From: a virus
Taxonomy: Duplodnaviria; Caudoviricetes
Direction: 5' to 3' (one strand)
IMG/VR virus record: IMGVR_UViG_3300025674_000054
Coordinates: 1-54,439 of that record
Length of the DNA stretch: 54,439 bases
The notes under the pieces were generated by a model. It did no database searches, had not been told where the DNA came from, and saw only the letters and a list, made by a program, of their open reading frames with translations. A program made the position numbers and the translations under genes. How positions within the stretch are numbered: position 1 is the first letter of the stretch; each line of letters begins with the position of its first letter. Of the stretch, positions 8,101-19,500 are shown in pieces.

Positions 8101-8372
8101 TATTAGAAATTATAATTGGAATTTTAGGTTTTTTAGTCGTTATCCTTGGATATACGACTTTTAACCTTTTACGTAAAAATGAAAGAGCAGAGGACATTTT
8201 AGTTCAATATAATGAATATCTAACAGAATTAAATAAGCAAATTACATATACTAGTAAGCGCCTTAAAAAAATAGACGAAAAAGGTATTTTTGAAAGCGAT
8301 GATGAAATTGGTTGGTTTTTCAAACAAATAAAAAATTTACAAGAAGGAATAGATAGATTCCGAATCAACTAA
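8097..8372 (+). CDS. membrane-anchored hypothetical protein
   Basis: N-terminal transmembrane helix then coiled coil. Confidence 0.75.
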   Translation: MILEIIIGILGFLVVILGYTTFNLLRKNERAEDILVQYNEYLTELNKQITYTSKRLKKIDEKGIFESDDEIGWFFKQIKNLQEGIDRFRIN

Positions 8373-8375
8373 CCA

Positions 8376-9080
8376 ATGGTAAGAAAAAGAAGAAAAAAGA
8401 GTAAAAATTACTTTACTCAGGAGACAGAGGACTATATTGTAAGATATAATAATGAACCAGATCCAGAAGTAAGAAGTAAGATATATGAAGACCATATCCA
8501 TTATCCTTTCTTTAAACTCACCCAAAATATCATTCATACATTTAAATTTTACCATACAGAAGTAGAAAATTTAGAACATCTACAACATGAAATAATTACA
8601 TTTCTTTTATCTAAAATGCATTTATTTGACCCATCTAGAGGAGCAAAAGCATATTCTTATTTTGGAACTATAGTTAAGCGTTGGTTAATATTATATAATA
8701 CTAAAAATTATAATAAAAAGATTAAAAAAGTAGGAGTGGATGAATTAGTTAAAGAAAATTCCTCACACACTTATAATATGGGGGATGATAAAATAAAAAG
8801 TGATTTAGATAAATATGTAGATATTTTTGTTACCCATGTATCAGATAATATACTTGAATTATTTCCTAAGAAAAATGATGCCCAAATAGCAGATGCAATT
8901 TTAGAGTTATTCCGTAAAAGAGAATCATTAGAAGTTTTTAATAAAAAAGCACTTTACATATACATAAGAGAAATGGTAGATGTAAAAACTCCTAAAATAA
9001 CCAAAATAGCTGATAAACTTCATGACATATTTAAATCCCAATATATATTTTATTTAGAAAACGGGTATACTAGATTCTAA
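8376..9080 (+). CDS. phage sigma-factor-like protein, candidate late sigma
   Basis: Sigma region 2-like FDPSRGAKAYSYFGTIVKRWL; N-terminal NYFT; sits just before the late gene block. Confidence 0.7.
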   Translation: MVRKRRKKSKNYFTQETEDYIVRYNNEPDPEVRSKIYEDHIHYPFFKLTQNIIHTFKFYHTEVENLEHLQHEIITFLLSKMHLFDPSRGAKAYSYFGTIVKRWLILYNTKNYNKKIKKVGVDELVKENSSHTYNMGDDKIKSDLDKYVDIFVTHVSDNILELFPKKNDAQIADAILELFRKRESLEVFNKKALYIYIREMVDVKTPKITKIADKLHDIFKSQYIFYLENGYTRF

Positions 9081-9095
9081 ACCTTATCTATATCC

Positions 9096-9106
9096 ATATT
9101 TATAAT
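9096..9106 (+). promoter_or_regulatory. putative late promoter ATATTTATAAT
   Basis: Exact motif 10 nt upstream of the ATG at 9117. Confidence 0.7.
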
Positions 9107-9116
9107 CAAAAACATT

Positions 9117-9473
9117 ATGGGAGCATTAGATAACATTGTATTTAAAAAGAAAAAATTCTCTGATATTCTTAGTGAGATTTATGACAATCAAAAAAGAAAA
9201 GAAGCCCAAATCACTGGTCTGATTTCAGAACTAAAACCACTTATAAACGATATAGGTGACGCTACTTTAATCGTTCCATTAATTAAAGAATATATGGAAA
9301 TTGGCGTTCGTAACGATGAACAATTAATTAAAATGGCTACTATAGTACAACGTGCGCTTAATAATAGTGGTGGTGAAGATTCACTAGGAATAACAGATGA
9401 AGAAAAAGCTGAACTAATGGCTGAGTTAGATAAGCTTAACGAAAATTTCGAACAAAATAAAGATGGCAAATAA
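9117..9473 (+). CDS. hypothetical helical protein
   Basis: Clean ORF, first gene of the late operon; no motif recognised. Confidence 0.75.
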   Translation: MGALDNIVFKKKKFSDILSEIYDNQKRKEAQITGLISELKPLINDIGDATLIVPLIKEYMEIGVRNDEQLIKMATIVQRALNNSGGEDSLGITDEEKAELMAELDKLNENFEQNKDGK

Positions 9474-10779
9474 TTTAGGATTTAGTGGATTAAATAATAC
9501 CCTTAATTCTCAAGACCCAACCCAAGAAATTTTTCAAAATTTAGATATTTTAAACTCTAAATTTATTACGGGTAGAGTTACAGATATTATTATTAGTAAT
9601 ACCCATCCCTTATTTGATGATTACGGGGGGTGGAATGGTTTAGGTACTATATTTTTTGAATCAACGGATAATTTAACCCCTATTGATTCTTCAAAAAATT
9701 CTGTCGCATATCCATTAATACCCTATTTAAAAAATTATCCTTTAGTTAACGAAGTAGTAATGATTTTCCAATTACCTTCTACTAATGTAAATCCACTAAA
9801 TAATAATTCTTTATCTAATCAATATTACTATTTAAATCCTATTAGTCTTTGGAATAGTACACATCATAATGCGTATCCTAATACATTCCAATCTAGTACA
9901 TCAAACCCCCCACAAAAAAGTTACCAAGAAATAGAAGGAGGTTCCCCTAGAATTACAACCCAAAACCAACCAGAGGTAAATTTTAATAGTCCTTTAGTAG
10001 GGGGGACATTTGAAGAAAAATCAGATATCCATCCTCTATTACCTTATGAAGGAGATATTATAACAGAAGGAAGATGGGGAAATTCTATTAGATTAGGTAG
10101 TACAGTTTCAGGGTCTACAAATACAGAAAATTATCAAAGTACATGGTCTAATGTAGGTGATAATGGAGATCCTGTTACTATTATAAGAAATGGTCAACCA
10201 ACAGATGCTAGTAAAACAGGATGGTTACCAATTATAGAAAATATAAATAAAGATTTATCATCAATTTATCTTACTTCATATCAAAAAATCCCCCTAAAAG
10301 CATCAAGTGAAAACTTTTCAGCATTATCACCAACCCCATTACTACCAAGGGAATATTATAATCCCCAAATTATATTAAATTCAGGACGTTTAGTGTTTAA
10401 TGCTTCTAAAGATAGTATTATTTTAAGTGCCCAAGATTCAATTGCTCTTTCTTCTAATAACCAAATAGGAATAACTTCTAATAATGTTAATATAGCAGCA
10501 GATAGTATAAAAATTGGAGGACCAGATGCAACAGACCCTGCTTTATTAGGTGGGGCATTTATTAATCAATTTAGAGAACTAGTTGAACAAATTCAAACAT
10601 TAGCTTATGCTTGTTCTGGTTTGGAAGGATATGATAGTGAAGTAACTAATATAGAAACATCTGGTATAGATGTTGCGGGTCAATCTTTAGATGAAGTGTG
10701 TCAAAATATTTTAGATTTATTACCCAATGAAAATAAAATTACTTCTCCACTTTTATCTAATACAATTAGATTAAAATAA
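9463..10779 (+). CDS. baseplate hub/spike (gp5/VgrG-like) protein
   Basis: OB-fold-like N-terminus (GRVTDI...YPLVNEVV), EGDIITEGRWGNSIRLGS, C-terminal beta-repeat LNSGRLVFNA...; upstream of gp25. Confidence 0.6.
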   Translation: MANNLGFSGLNNTLNSQDPTQEIFQNLDILNSKFITGRVTDIIISNTHPLFDDYGGWNGLGTIFFESTDNLTPIDSSKNSVAYPLIPYLKNYPLVNEVVMIFQLPSTNVNPLNNNSLSNQYYYLNPISLWNSTHHNAYPNTFQSSTSNPPQKSYQEIEGGSPRITTQNQPEVNFNSPLVGGTFEEKSDIHPLLPYEGDIITEGRWGNSIRLGSTVSGSTNTENYQSTWSNVGDNGDPVTIIRNGQPTDASKTGWLPIIENINKDLSSIYLTSYQKIPLKASSENFSALSPTPLLPREYYNPQIILNSGRLVFNASKDSIILSAQDSIALSSNNQIGITSNNVNIAADSIKIGGPDATDPALLGGAFINQFRELVEQIQTLAYACSGLEGYDSEVTNIETSGIDVAGQSLDEVCQNILDLLPNENKITSPLLSNTIRLK

Positions 10780-10781
10780 TT

Positions 10782-12242
10782 ATGTCAATAGCAACTCAAA
10801 CATATTTAGCTTCTTCTTCAACCATTACTGATGGTGTTAATGAGGTTGGAGTAGTTAATATACTAACCCTTGATGATGGGGCTCTTCAAACAGAAACAGT
10901 TCCCACAGCTGAGGGTGTGGAAACTTTTTATTCATCCCCACAATTTAGTATTCCCAATGACGAATTAATTATTGACGCTATACAGCAATTAGAAATAAAT
11001 ACAAATGTAGCCCCTGATACCTATGTAATAAAGGATACACAATATTTTAATGTTCCAAATACTATAAAAAAAGAATTTATTATTAAAGGAACAATAATTG
11101 ATTTTTATCAAAATATCCCAATAAAAGGAGCTAATGTTATATTACCCCTTCCTGGGACTAAATTTAATACTAAAACAGACAAAAACGGTAAATTTACTAT
11201 TAAAGCAATCTACCCAGTTAATAAAAACACAGAAGTAGCTACATTACGTCCCCCTATTCTAGTAACAGCCGAGGGATATATACCTAAAAAACTAACTCCT
11301 TATGCCCTAGATCAAACTGTAAGAGAAGATCTAAATACAACACAATTAAAATCCACAGAAGGATTAATAGAGGAAGAAAAAGCTAAGGTAGCAAAAATTA
11401 AGAAAAAAACCATTACATTAATTCAAGCTTTAAAGGCATCAAAATTAAGTATAAAAATATTAATAAAATCTTTTATTTCAGTTCTTAAACAAAGATTAAT
11501 ACCTTTTATATTAGCTTTATTAGGTCCTTTTTTAATAGGTAAAATTGGCGATATTTTAGCATCAAAAATTTCAGTAGATGATGCTCAGGGGGAATGTCCA
11601 TCACCTGAAGAAGTTGCTAGGATAAGAGCACAAAGAAACAAAACAGTAAGAGAATTAAATAATATCTATAGTGTAGTAGACACAGCTCTTACAGTTGCGG
11701 GGATTTTAGGTGGATTAGCTATTATTTTAAAAGTAGCAGCAGGAATTATAAAAAATATCCCCCTACCAACTTCAGTCCCTCCTGGTATTGGTTTCCCAAC
11801 TAGTTTAATTTTAAAATTCCAAGAATTAATTACAAAATTAGAAGGGGTAGCTGAAAAAGTAATTACTATATCTTTAGGCATAAGTGCAGTATTATTAGTA
11901 CTTTCTTCACTGTTATTACAAGCACTTAGATTATTAAAATTATTAGATCAACAGTTAGAAAGATGTAGTGCTGAAGGTGATTTAGAAGCTGTTTCATTTG
12001 AAGCTATACTAATAGATGAAGAATCACAACAACCAGGGGATGATATAGTAAATGGTTTTAAATTAGGAATTAAAACTGATGACAAAACACCAATAGGAGA
12101 ATTAAAAAGAAGATTTGCCATAGCAACTAATGCCCAAGGGGTAGTAGTGTTAAAAGGAGAACCATCATTTAGTGCAAGTGAACAAATCCTTAAAGATGAA
12201 CTTGCATTTTATATACGATCAAATAATTTAAAAGCTAACTAG
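10782..12242 (+). CDS. membrane-associated protein with carboxypeptidase-regulatory-like beta-sandwich
   Basis: IKGTIID...PIKGANVIL...TKTDKNGKFTI...AEGYIP, then about three hydrophobic helices. Confidence 0.6.
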   Translation: MSIATQTYLASSSTITDGVNEVGVVNILTLDDGALQTETVPTAEGVETFYSSPQFSIPNDELIIDAIQQLEINTNVAPDTYVIKDTQYFNVPNTIKKEFIIKGTIIDFYQNIPIKGANVILPLPGTKFNTKTDKNGKFTIKAIYPVNKNTEVATLRPPILVTAEGYIPKKLTPYALDQTVREDLNTTQLKSTEGLIEEEKAKVAKIKKKTITLIQALKASKLSIKILIKSFISVLKQRLIPFILALLGPFLIGKIGDILASKISVDDAQGECPSPEEVARIRAQRNKTVRELNNIYSVVDTALTVAGILGGLAIILKVAAGIIKNIPLPTSVPPGIGFPTSLILKFQELITKLEGVAEKVITISLGISAVLLVLSSLLLQALRLLKLLDQQLERCSAEGDLEAVSFEAILIDEESQQPGDDIVNGFKLGIKTDDKTPIGELKRRFAIATNAQGVVVLKGEPSFSASEQILKDELAFYIRSNNLKAN

Positions 12243-12246
12243 TTTA

Positions 12247-12257
12247 ATATTTATAAT
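12247..12257 (+). promoter_or_regulatory. putative late promoter ATATTTATAAT
   Basis: Exact motif upstream of the ATG at 12270. Confidence 0.7.
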
Positions 12258-12269
12258 AAATCATTATAT

Positions 12270-12611
12270 ATGAAAGTAAGTCAATTAAAATCAATTGTAA
12301 AAGAAGCTGTAAAAGAAGCTATTCAAGAAGAAATGAAAGACATTTTGCTTGAAGCGGTACGTGTACCAAGAGCTGTTGTAAAAGAAACAGTTACCCAAGA
12401 ATCTCTTCCTAAAGCTGATAAAGCTCAATTAAGAGAAAACATGATGAATGTATTAGGAAGTATGAGACCTGGTGCAGATGGTAATATAAATGCAACAACT
12501 GCTAATATGCCATTACAAGTTAGTTCATTTGGTGATACCACATCTCCTAATGGTAAATTACCTGAAGGAAATGTAAGTATGGATCAAATTATGGGATTAA
12601 TGAATAAATAA
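12270..12611 (+). CDS. hypothetical virion-associated protein
   Basis: N-terminus MKVSQLKSIVKEAVKEAIQEE with repeated V/I-x-E; late promoter upstream. Confidence 0.7.
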   Translation: MKVSQLKSIVKEAVKEAIQEEMKDILLEAVRVPRAVVKETVTQESLPKADKAQLRENMMNVLGSMRPGADGNINATTANMPLQVSSFGDTTSPNGKLPEGNVSMDQIMGLMNK

Positions 12612-12619
12612 TTTATTAA

Positions 12620-13027
12620 ATGGCATTTGGAGCAACTAGAATATTCCCAAACGATCAAAGGCCTAGAGTAGCCATTGGTTTTAACCTTCCTATGAATGAG
12701 GCAGGGGTATTTACTTCTAATTACCAAACAAAACAAGCTATAAAAAGCAATCTAATAAATTATTTTTTAACAAACCCAGGGGAAAGACCAGGCAATCCAG
12801 CATTTGGTGCGGGGTTAAGAAATTTTATTTTTACTCAAATTGACAATCAGGATTTATCTTTTATAAAAGAAGATGTACAATCAAAAATAACGGAATTTTT
12901 CCCTGATGTTGAAGTAAGTGAAATAACAGTTTTACCAACTGAAACATCAAATACAATTAAAATAAATATAAATTATAGTGTAAGAGACACAGGAATAAAC
13001 GATGCACTATCATTAAGCTTTAACTAA
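12620..13027 (+). CDS. gp25: baseplate wedge subunit, gp25/GPW family
   Basis: IKSNLINYFLTNPGERPGNPAFGAGL motif. Confidence 0.9.
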   Translation: MAFGATRIFPNDQRPRVAIGFNLPMNEAGVFTSNYQTKQAIKSNLINYFLTNPGERPGNPAFGAGLRNFIFTQIDNQDLSFIKEDVQSKITEFFPDVEVSEITVLPTETSNTIKININYSVRDTGINDALSLSFN

Positions 13028-14916
13028 TGGCAGTAAGAAGAACAATAAATTATTTAAATAAGGATTTTAGTGATTATAGGTCTCAACTTATAGATTTCTC
13101 ACAGACATATTTTCCTAATACTTATACAGACTTTTCGGAAGCATCCCCAGGAATGATGTTTATGGAACAAGCATCTTACATAGGTGATGTTTTATCCTTT
13201 TATATAGACAATCAAGTTCAAGAAAACTTCCTACAATACGCAAGACAAACAAGCAATTTGTACGATTTATCTTACATGTATGGTTATAAACCAAAAGTAA
13301 CAGGATTAGCTTCAGTAGACTTAGATTTTTACCAATTAATCCCTTCAGTAGCATCCTCAAGTGGAGCAGATACAATTTATGTTCCTAATTATGATTATGC
13401 CATTTTTATTGATGCTAATACTACTTCTCAAACAGAACAAGGAACTTCTTTTATTATAGAAGATGCCATTGATTTTACAGTTTCTAATTCCTTAGATCCT
13501 ACAGAAATATCTGTAGCCCAAGTAACAAATGATAACCCAGATTATTTTTTATTAAAGAAAACCAGAAAAGCACTATCTGGAGAAATAAAAACAGTAACTT
13601 TTCCATTTACTACCCCACAAGAATTTCCAACAGTTTTAATTAATGATCAAAATATAGGAGGTATTATTGACTGTTTTGATACTGAAGGATATCAATGGTA
13701 TGAAGTAGATTATTTAGGGCAAGAACAAGTTTTTGATAGTATTAAAAATACTAATACTAATGATCCTAACAATTATACTGAAAGTGACGATACTCCTTAT
13801 TTACTCCAAACAAAACAAGTACAAAGAAGATTTAATACTAGATTTTTAAGTAGAGAACAATTACAAATACAATTCGGATCAGGAAATCCATCTGATACAG
13901 ATGAAGAAGTTATACCAAATCCAATGAATGTAGGTTTAGGATTACCTTTTGAACGTAATAAGTTAACAACAGCTTATAGTCCTACAAATTTTATATTTAC
14001 TAACACATATGGAATTGCCCCAAGCAATACTACTTTAACATTAAGATACTTAAAAGGTGGGGGTGTTTCTTCTAATGTAGCTGCTAATACAATAACAACA
14101 TTAAATACAAATTTATCTAAATTTTTAAAACAAAGTTTAGTGTCAAATACTGCCCAATATATTTTTAATTCTTTACAAGTAAATAACCCAAGAGCAGCTA
14201 GTGGGGGTATGGATGGGGACACGGCAGAAGAATTAAGGCAAAATTCTATATCCCAAATATCAAGCCAGCTAAGAAATGTAACGGCAGATGATTATTTAGT
14301 TAGAGCTTTAAGTATGCCTCCAAAATTTGGTATAATTTCAAAGGCAATAACCCAAAAACCAACAGCGGCACAATCAGATTCTACTTTGTGTATTTATGCT
14401 TTATCGCAAGATAGTAATGGAAATTTAACAACTCCTTCAAATGCATTAAAAAATAATCTAAAAACCTATATCAATCAATACAGAATGATAGGGGATTCAA
14501 TTGATATTAAAGATGCTTTTATTATTAATATTGGTGTTAATTTTGAAATTGTAACATTACCTAATTATAATAATAACCAAGTAATGGCAAATTGTATAAG
14601 TGAACTTAAAGCATTTTTTAATATAAATAATTGGCAAATAAATCAACCAATAATTTTAAAAGATATTAGCGTAATATTAGATAATGTACAGGGGGTTCAA
14701 ACAGTTAATAATATAACAATAGTAAATAAAGCGGGTACAGTAGCTAATTACTCTCAATATGCTTATGATATATCATCTGCATCACAAAATGGAACAATTT
14801 TTCCTTCTATAGACCCAATGATATTTGAAGTAAAATTCCCAGATACTGATATTATAGGTAGAATTGTAAGTCTTGGTCAAACTAGTACACTTAGTGGTGG
14901 AGGTAGAAACTATTAA
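13027..14916 (+). CDS. baseplate wedge protein (T4 gp6 / baseplate J-like)
   Basis: YLNKDF...YTDFSEASPG...YIGDVLSFY, IQFGSG, ASGGMDGDT.EELR, RNVTADDY. Confidence 0.88.
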   Translation: MAVRRTINYLNKDFSDYRSQLIDFSQTYFPNTYTDFSEASPGMMFMEQASYIGDVLSFYIDNQVQENFLQYARQTSNLYDLSYMYGYKPKVTGLASVDLDFYQLIPSVASSSGADTIYVPNYDYAIFIDANTTSQTEQGTSFIIEDAIDFTVSNSLDPTEISVAQVTNDNPDYFLLKKTRKALSGEIKTVTFPFTTPQEFPTVLINDQNIGGIIDCFDTEGYQWYEVDYLGQEQVFDSIKNTNTNDPNNYTESDDTPYLLQTKQVQRRFNTRFLSREQLQIQFGSGNPSDTDEEVIPNPMNVGLGLPFERNKLTTAYSPTNFIFTNTYGIAPSNTTLTLRYLKGGGVSSNVAANTITTLNTNLSKFLKQSLVSNTAQYIFNSLQVNNPRAASGGMDGDTAEELRQNSISQISSQLRNVTADDYLVRALSMPPKFGIISKAITQKPTAAQSDSTLCIYALSQDSNGNLTTPSNALKNNLKTYINQYRMIGDSIDIKDAFIINIGVNFEIVTLPNYNNNQVMANCISELKAFFNINNWQINQPIILKDISVILDNVQGVQTVNNITIVNKAGTVANYSQYAYDISSASQNGTIFPSIDPMIFEVKFPDTDIIGRIVSLGQTSTLSGGGRNY

Positions 14917-14926
14917 AAAATAAAAA

Positions 14927-16078
14927 ATGGCAGTATATAAAATTTTTCCATTACAAGACGCAGCATTATATTCAAGATATCCTGAAATGAATACCGGGAT
15001 TGATTCAATATTAGAAATATCAAACCTTAACCCTTCAACGGTTTCTACTCCTGTAGTAGCTAGATCTATAATTGAATTTGACCAATCAGAAATTAATAGT
15101 GCTATAGATACCCTTAATACAGGATCAACTGCAATTTCTGCTAGCTTAAGATCATTTATAGCTAACGCAGAAGGAGTAGTAATGCAATCAGATTTATACG
15201 TTTACCCAGTTTCGGGTTCTTGGAATAATGGTAGTGGTGAATTTTTAGATAATCCCCATACTACTAATGGAGTTAGTTGGGAATTTAGATCTAATTCTGG
15301 TTCTAATGCTTGGACAACTGAAAGCTTTGCAGAAAATGTAACAGGATCTTACATATCTGCTTCACCTGGAGGAGGTACTTGGTATACGGCTTCTTCAGAC
15401 ACTAACCTTACTTTAGAAGTAAGCCAATCTTTTAACCTTAGAACAGAAAAAGACATTAATATTAATGTAACTGATATAGTTAAAACTTGGTACTCAAGTT
15501 CTAAATCAATAGCAGGAACTTATACTAATATAGAAAATAATGGGTTTTTATTAAAATGGAGTGATGATATTGAATTTGATTCTAATTTATCAACTCAACC
15601 TAACATGCAATTCTACTCAGTTGATACAAACACTATATACCCTCCTCAATTGGAAATTAAATGGAGAGATTTTGTGTATAATACTGGTAGTTTACCTGTT
15701 ATTAATACCCCTGATTTATTTGTTGCAGTGGATAATAACCAAGGAATATTTTATAGTGAAAGTATTAATAATTTTAGATTAAATGTTAGACCAGAATTTC
15801 CAGTTCGTACATTCCAAACAGCTTCATTATATACTACAAATCACGCTTTACCAACCTCTTCTTATTATGCTATTAAAGATTTAGATACAAATGAATTTAT
15901 TATAGATTTTGATACTGAATTTACACAAATTAGTTGTGATGAAAGTGGTAGTTATTTTACAATTTATATGAACGGTTTAGAACCAGAAAGATATTATGAA
16001 ATTTTAATACAAACTACAATTAATGGGAATACTATAGTAAAAGATGATCAGTATTATTTTAAAGTTGTAAATGGGTAA
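14927..16078 (+). CDS. virion structural protein, baseplate-associated (DNRLRE-like N-terminus possible)
   Basis: DAALYS...NTG, RSIIEFD, NVTDIVKTW, NNGFLLK, PQLEIKW; inside the baseplate operon. Confidence 0.6.
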   Translation: MAVYKIFPLQDAALYSRYPEMNTGIDSILEISNLNPSTVSTPVVARSIIEFDQSEINSAIDTLNTGSTAISASLRSFIANAEGVVMQSDLYVYPVSGSWNNGSGEFLDNPHTTNGVSWEFRSNSGSNAWTTESFAENVTGSYISASPGGGTWYTASSDTNLTLEVSQSFNLRTEKDININVTDIVKTWYSSSKSIAGTYTNIENNGFLLKWSDDIEFDSNLSTQPNMQFYSVDTNTIYPPQLEIKWRDFVYNTGSLPVINTPDLFVAVDNNQGIFYSESINNFRLNVRPEFPVRTFQTASLYTTNHALPTSSYYAIKDLDTNEFIIDFDTEFTQISCDESGSYFTIYMNGLEPERYYEILIQTTINGNTIVKDDQYYFKVVNG

Positions 16079-16080
16079 TC

Positions 16081-16545
16081 ATGATTCAAACAAAAAATGT
16101 AGATTTAATAAAAGAAGTTTTTGATAAAAACCAGTATGAACAAGTAATTGATACTAGTTTTTCTCAATTGGGAGTACCTTCAATTAGTTCAAGTGCAGAA
16201 AATCAAGTAAGCGTTGAAGAATTCTTTGGATATTACAATAATCTTTTTTATGATATACCCGCAACTGGTGAAACTAATTCTCATGAATTTTTAGTTAAAA
16301 ATAGTGGTAGATATATTAATTTTGATCAAATATCAGATGAAATTAGAGCACTACAAGAAGAAATTACAGGACTAAGGGAAGATTTGCTAGCAGAACAAAT
16401 AAAAGTAGCAGAACTAGAATCTGGTATAACAATAGATACTGGTTCATTAGATTTAGGAACTAATACCTCAATTGTAGGTAGTAACATAGTTAGTAGTGGG
16501 GGTTCAACAGCAACCGGTACTTCTAATTTAAATACAAGCTATTAA
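16081..16545 (+). CDS. hypothetical structural protein with coiled coil
   Basis: Clean ORF in the baseplate operon; heptad segment IRALQEEITGLREDL. Confidence 0.7.
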   Translation: MIQTKNVDLIKEVFDKNQYEQVIDTSFSQLGVPSISSSAENQVSVEEFFGYYNNLFYDIPATGETNSHEFLVKNSGRYINFDQISDEIRALQEEITGLREDLLAEQIKVAELESGITIDTGSLDLGTNTSIVGSNIVSSGGSTATGTSNLNTSY

Positions 16546-16548
16546 TAA

Positions 16549-19500
16549 ATGAAAGAACAAATAATAATCCAATCAGTATCACCAGATACTTTTGAATTTC
16601 AGGACTATTCTAGTAGTGATCAAACTTTAATTACTACTAATGAACTAGATACTGTATTTTCAGGTTCTATAGATTATATTGAAGCTTATGTTTTTGATGC
16701 TAATAAAGTATCAATAACTAGTGCTGTTCCTTTTACTAATTATAAAGTTACAGAAGGAAATGTTGTGTTAAATCCTTCTGAAGATTTAGAAAGATTTGGA
16801 TTTGATGTTGGTGAATATTTTATATCTTATGAATTTTATAGACCTAGATTAGGTTCAACATTAAACACTACATATTACATTAGTGAAATTAGTTCTGATA
16901 GGACTGAAATAAGATTAGATACAACAGTAATAGATAACGCTTTAGTAATAAGTTCAAGTTTAGAATTTATAGAATATAGAGATACTGCTGAATATTTTGT
17001 AGACTTTTTTCTTAATTTTGGTGATAACCAACAAATTATAGCTAATAACTTAGAATTAGATACTACAGATGAAAATAATCCTACTTTATTAGTTAAATTA
17101 TATGACCCACTCCCAAGTGAATTTGATTTAAAATCAGTTTGTAGTGTAGTAGAAGAAATTTCAACCCCACAATCTTATAAAGTTACATTCCCTCCTTTAG
17201 AATTTACTCAAGATGATTTTACTTATATATCGGGACCAAATTATAGCCTAAATATTAAAGGACAATCAGGTACTCCGGGTATGGATTTTTCTTATTCAAC
17301 CCTTATATCATCTGATGTAACTAGTTCTACTAATCAAATTGATAGTTTATTAAATAAAAAAGAAATTGAGATAAGTGTAGATTATGAAGATTATAATGAT
17401 TTTATTTATTTTTCATCTGCATATACTAGACTTCAAAACTTTTATTATAAAGTAGGATTAATTCAATCTGCAAGCGCCCAATTAGGATCTATTACTTCAG
17501 CAACAACAGGATCAGTAGTTTATAGTGCTAGCCAAGCAACATTATCTAATATAGTTTCTGATACTATTAAAAACTTTGATGGATATGAGTATTTCCTTTA
17601 CTTTAATAGTGGTTCACAATATTCTTATCCAAAATCTAATAGTGAACCTCCATATATTTTATATCCAACAGGGAGTACAGAAGCTTTAAATTGGTTAGGA
17701 TCTACTGATGCTAGCAGTGCTTATTATGGAGGGCAAGCAGTATCTGCTTCTAATTATGATGAAAATAACCAAGATTCATTATATTATGCTATCCCTGAAT
17801 ATTTGAGAAGCGATCCCCAAAATGCTAAATATGAATTATTTGTTGATATGGTTGGTCAACATTATGATAATATATGGCTTTATACTAAAAATATTACTAC
17901 AAAATTTGATGCGGATAATAGATTAAATTATGGTATTTCCAAAGACATGGTTGCAGATGCAATTAGAGATTTTGGTGTAAAACTTTATTCTAATAATTTT
18001 AATACTGATGATTTATATGTAGCCTTTTTAGGATTAACTCCATCTGGTAGTTCATTCCCTTTCCCATATATAACAGGTAGTACACCCGCAGATACTGGGT
18101 ATGAGTATGTAAATTCTCAAATATCTGCTTCAAATGATATAATCCCACTAGACGATATAAATAAACGTTTATATAAACGAATTTACCATAATATACCATA
18201 TTTACTAAAAACTAAAGGTACAGTAGCTGGTTTAAGAGCATTAATTACATCCTATGGAATCCCAGATACAATTTTAAGAATAAATGAATTTGGAGGTAAA
18301 GATAGAAATAATTCTCAAGATTGGGATTTAAAACAAGATTTTTATAATGTAGGACTAAATACAACTAGTTCAGCATTTACATCTTCATTTGTACTAAACA
18401 GTGCTTTTTCTTCATCAATCATTCCTCCTTCATCGGATCCAACTCCAATTGTTTCACGACCAGGAGCTATGCAATTTAGATTTAAAACTAATGGTATTCC
18501 ATCAGCTTCAAATTCGCCAACAACTCAATCTTTCTTTGAAACTGATTCAACTAGTACAGTTGCTATGGGCATCGAATATAATGAAGCATTATTAGTTACA
18601 GGTTCATATTCTGGTTCAGTCGAAAGTCAATATAAAAATTATGGAACTATAAAATTTTGGCCTAATATTGATACTAACCCTACTAACTATGCCTCTTTAT
18701 ATTTACCATTTTGGGATGGGAATTGGTGGTCAGTACAAGTAAATAGAAATTCAGAAAATGCAACATTTACTTTACTTGCAGCTAATAAAATAGGTGAAAA
18801 CTTAGGGTTTACTGGAAGTGATACCATTAGTGCTGATTTAGGTCCTTGGAATAGTTCTGATTCTATACTTTGGTTACCTCAAACTTATAAACAATTTGCA
18901 GGAATATATTATTTCCCTCTTACAGGTTCACTTCAAGAAGTAAGATATTATACAGAAGCTATAAGTGAAAGTATTTTCCATGATTACGCAATGAATCCAT
19001 ATTCATTTGAAGGAAATAGTACTAATAGTGCCCCTGATAAATTAGCCTTCAGACTATCGTTAGGAACATTATTAAATACAGGATCATATGAAGATTCAAT
19101 TCATCCTAAAATAACTGGATCATGGATTACTACTTCTTCTTTTAATGGACAAAGCTCAGCATCATTTTCAGGAACACCAACTTGGTTAAATAATGTAGAA
19201 GATATTTATCTTGACCAAACACCTTCAGGAATAAGAAATAGAGTTACAGATAAAATTCAAACTGAAGAATTAATATTACCTGAAGGAGATACTTTATCTG
19301 CTTATAGATCAGTCCAACAAAACTCTTATTCAAGTGGTAGTTTTACTCCTAGTGTTAATTATTTAGAAGTAGCTTTTTCACCCCAAGATCAAATTAATGA
19401 TGATATAACAGCCCAAATGGGTTACTTTAATTTAGGAGATTATATAGGAGACCCTAGATTAATATCATCATCAGCTACAAGTTATCCTGACTTAGATTTA

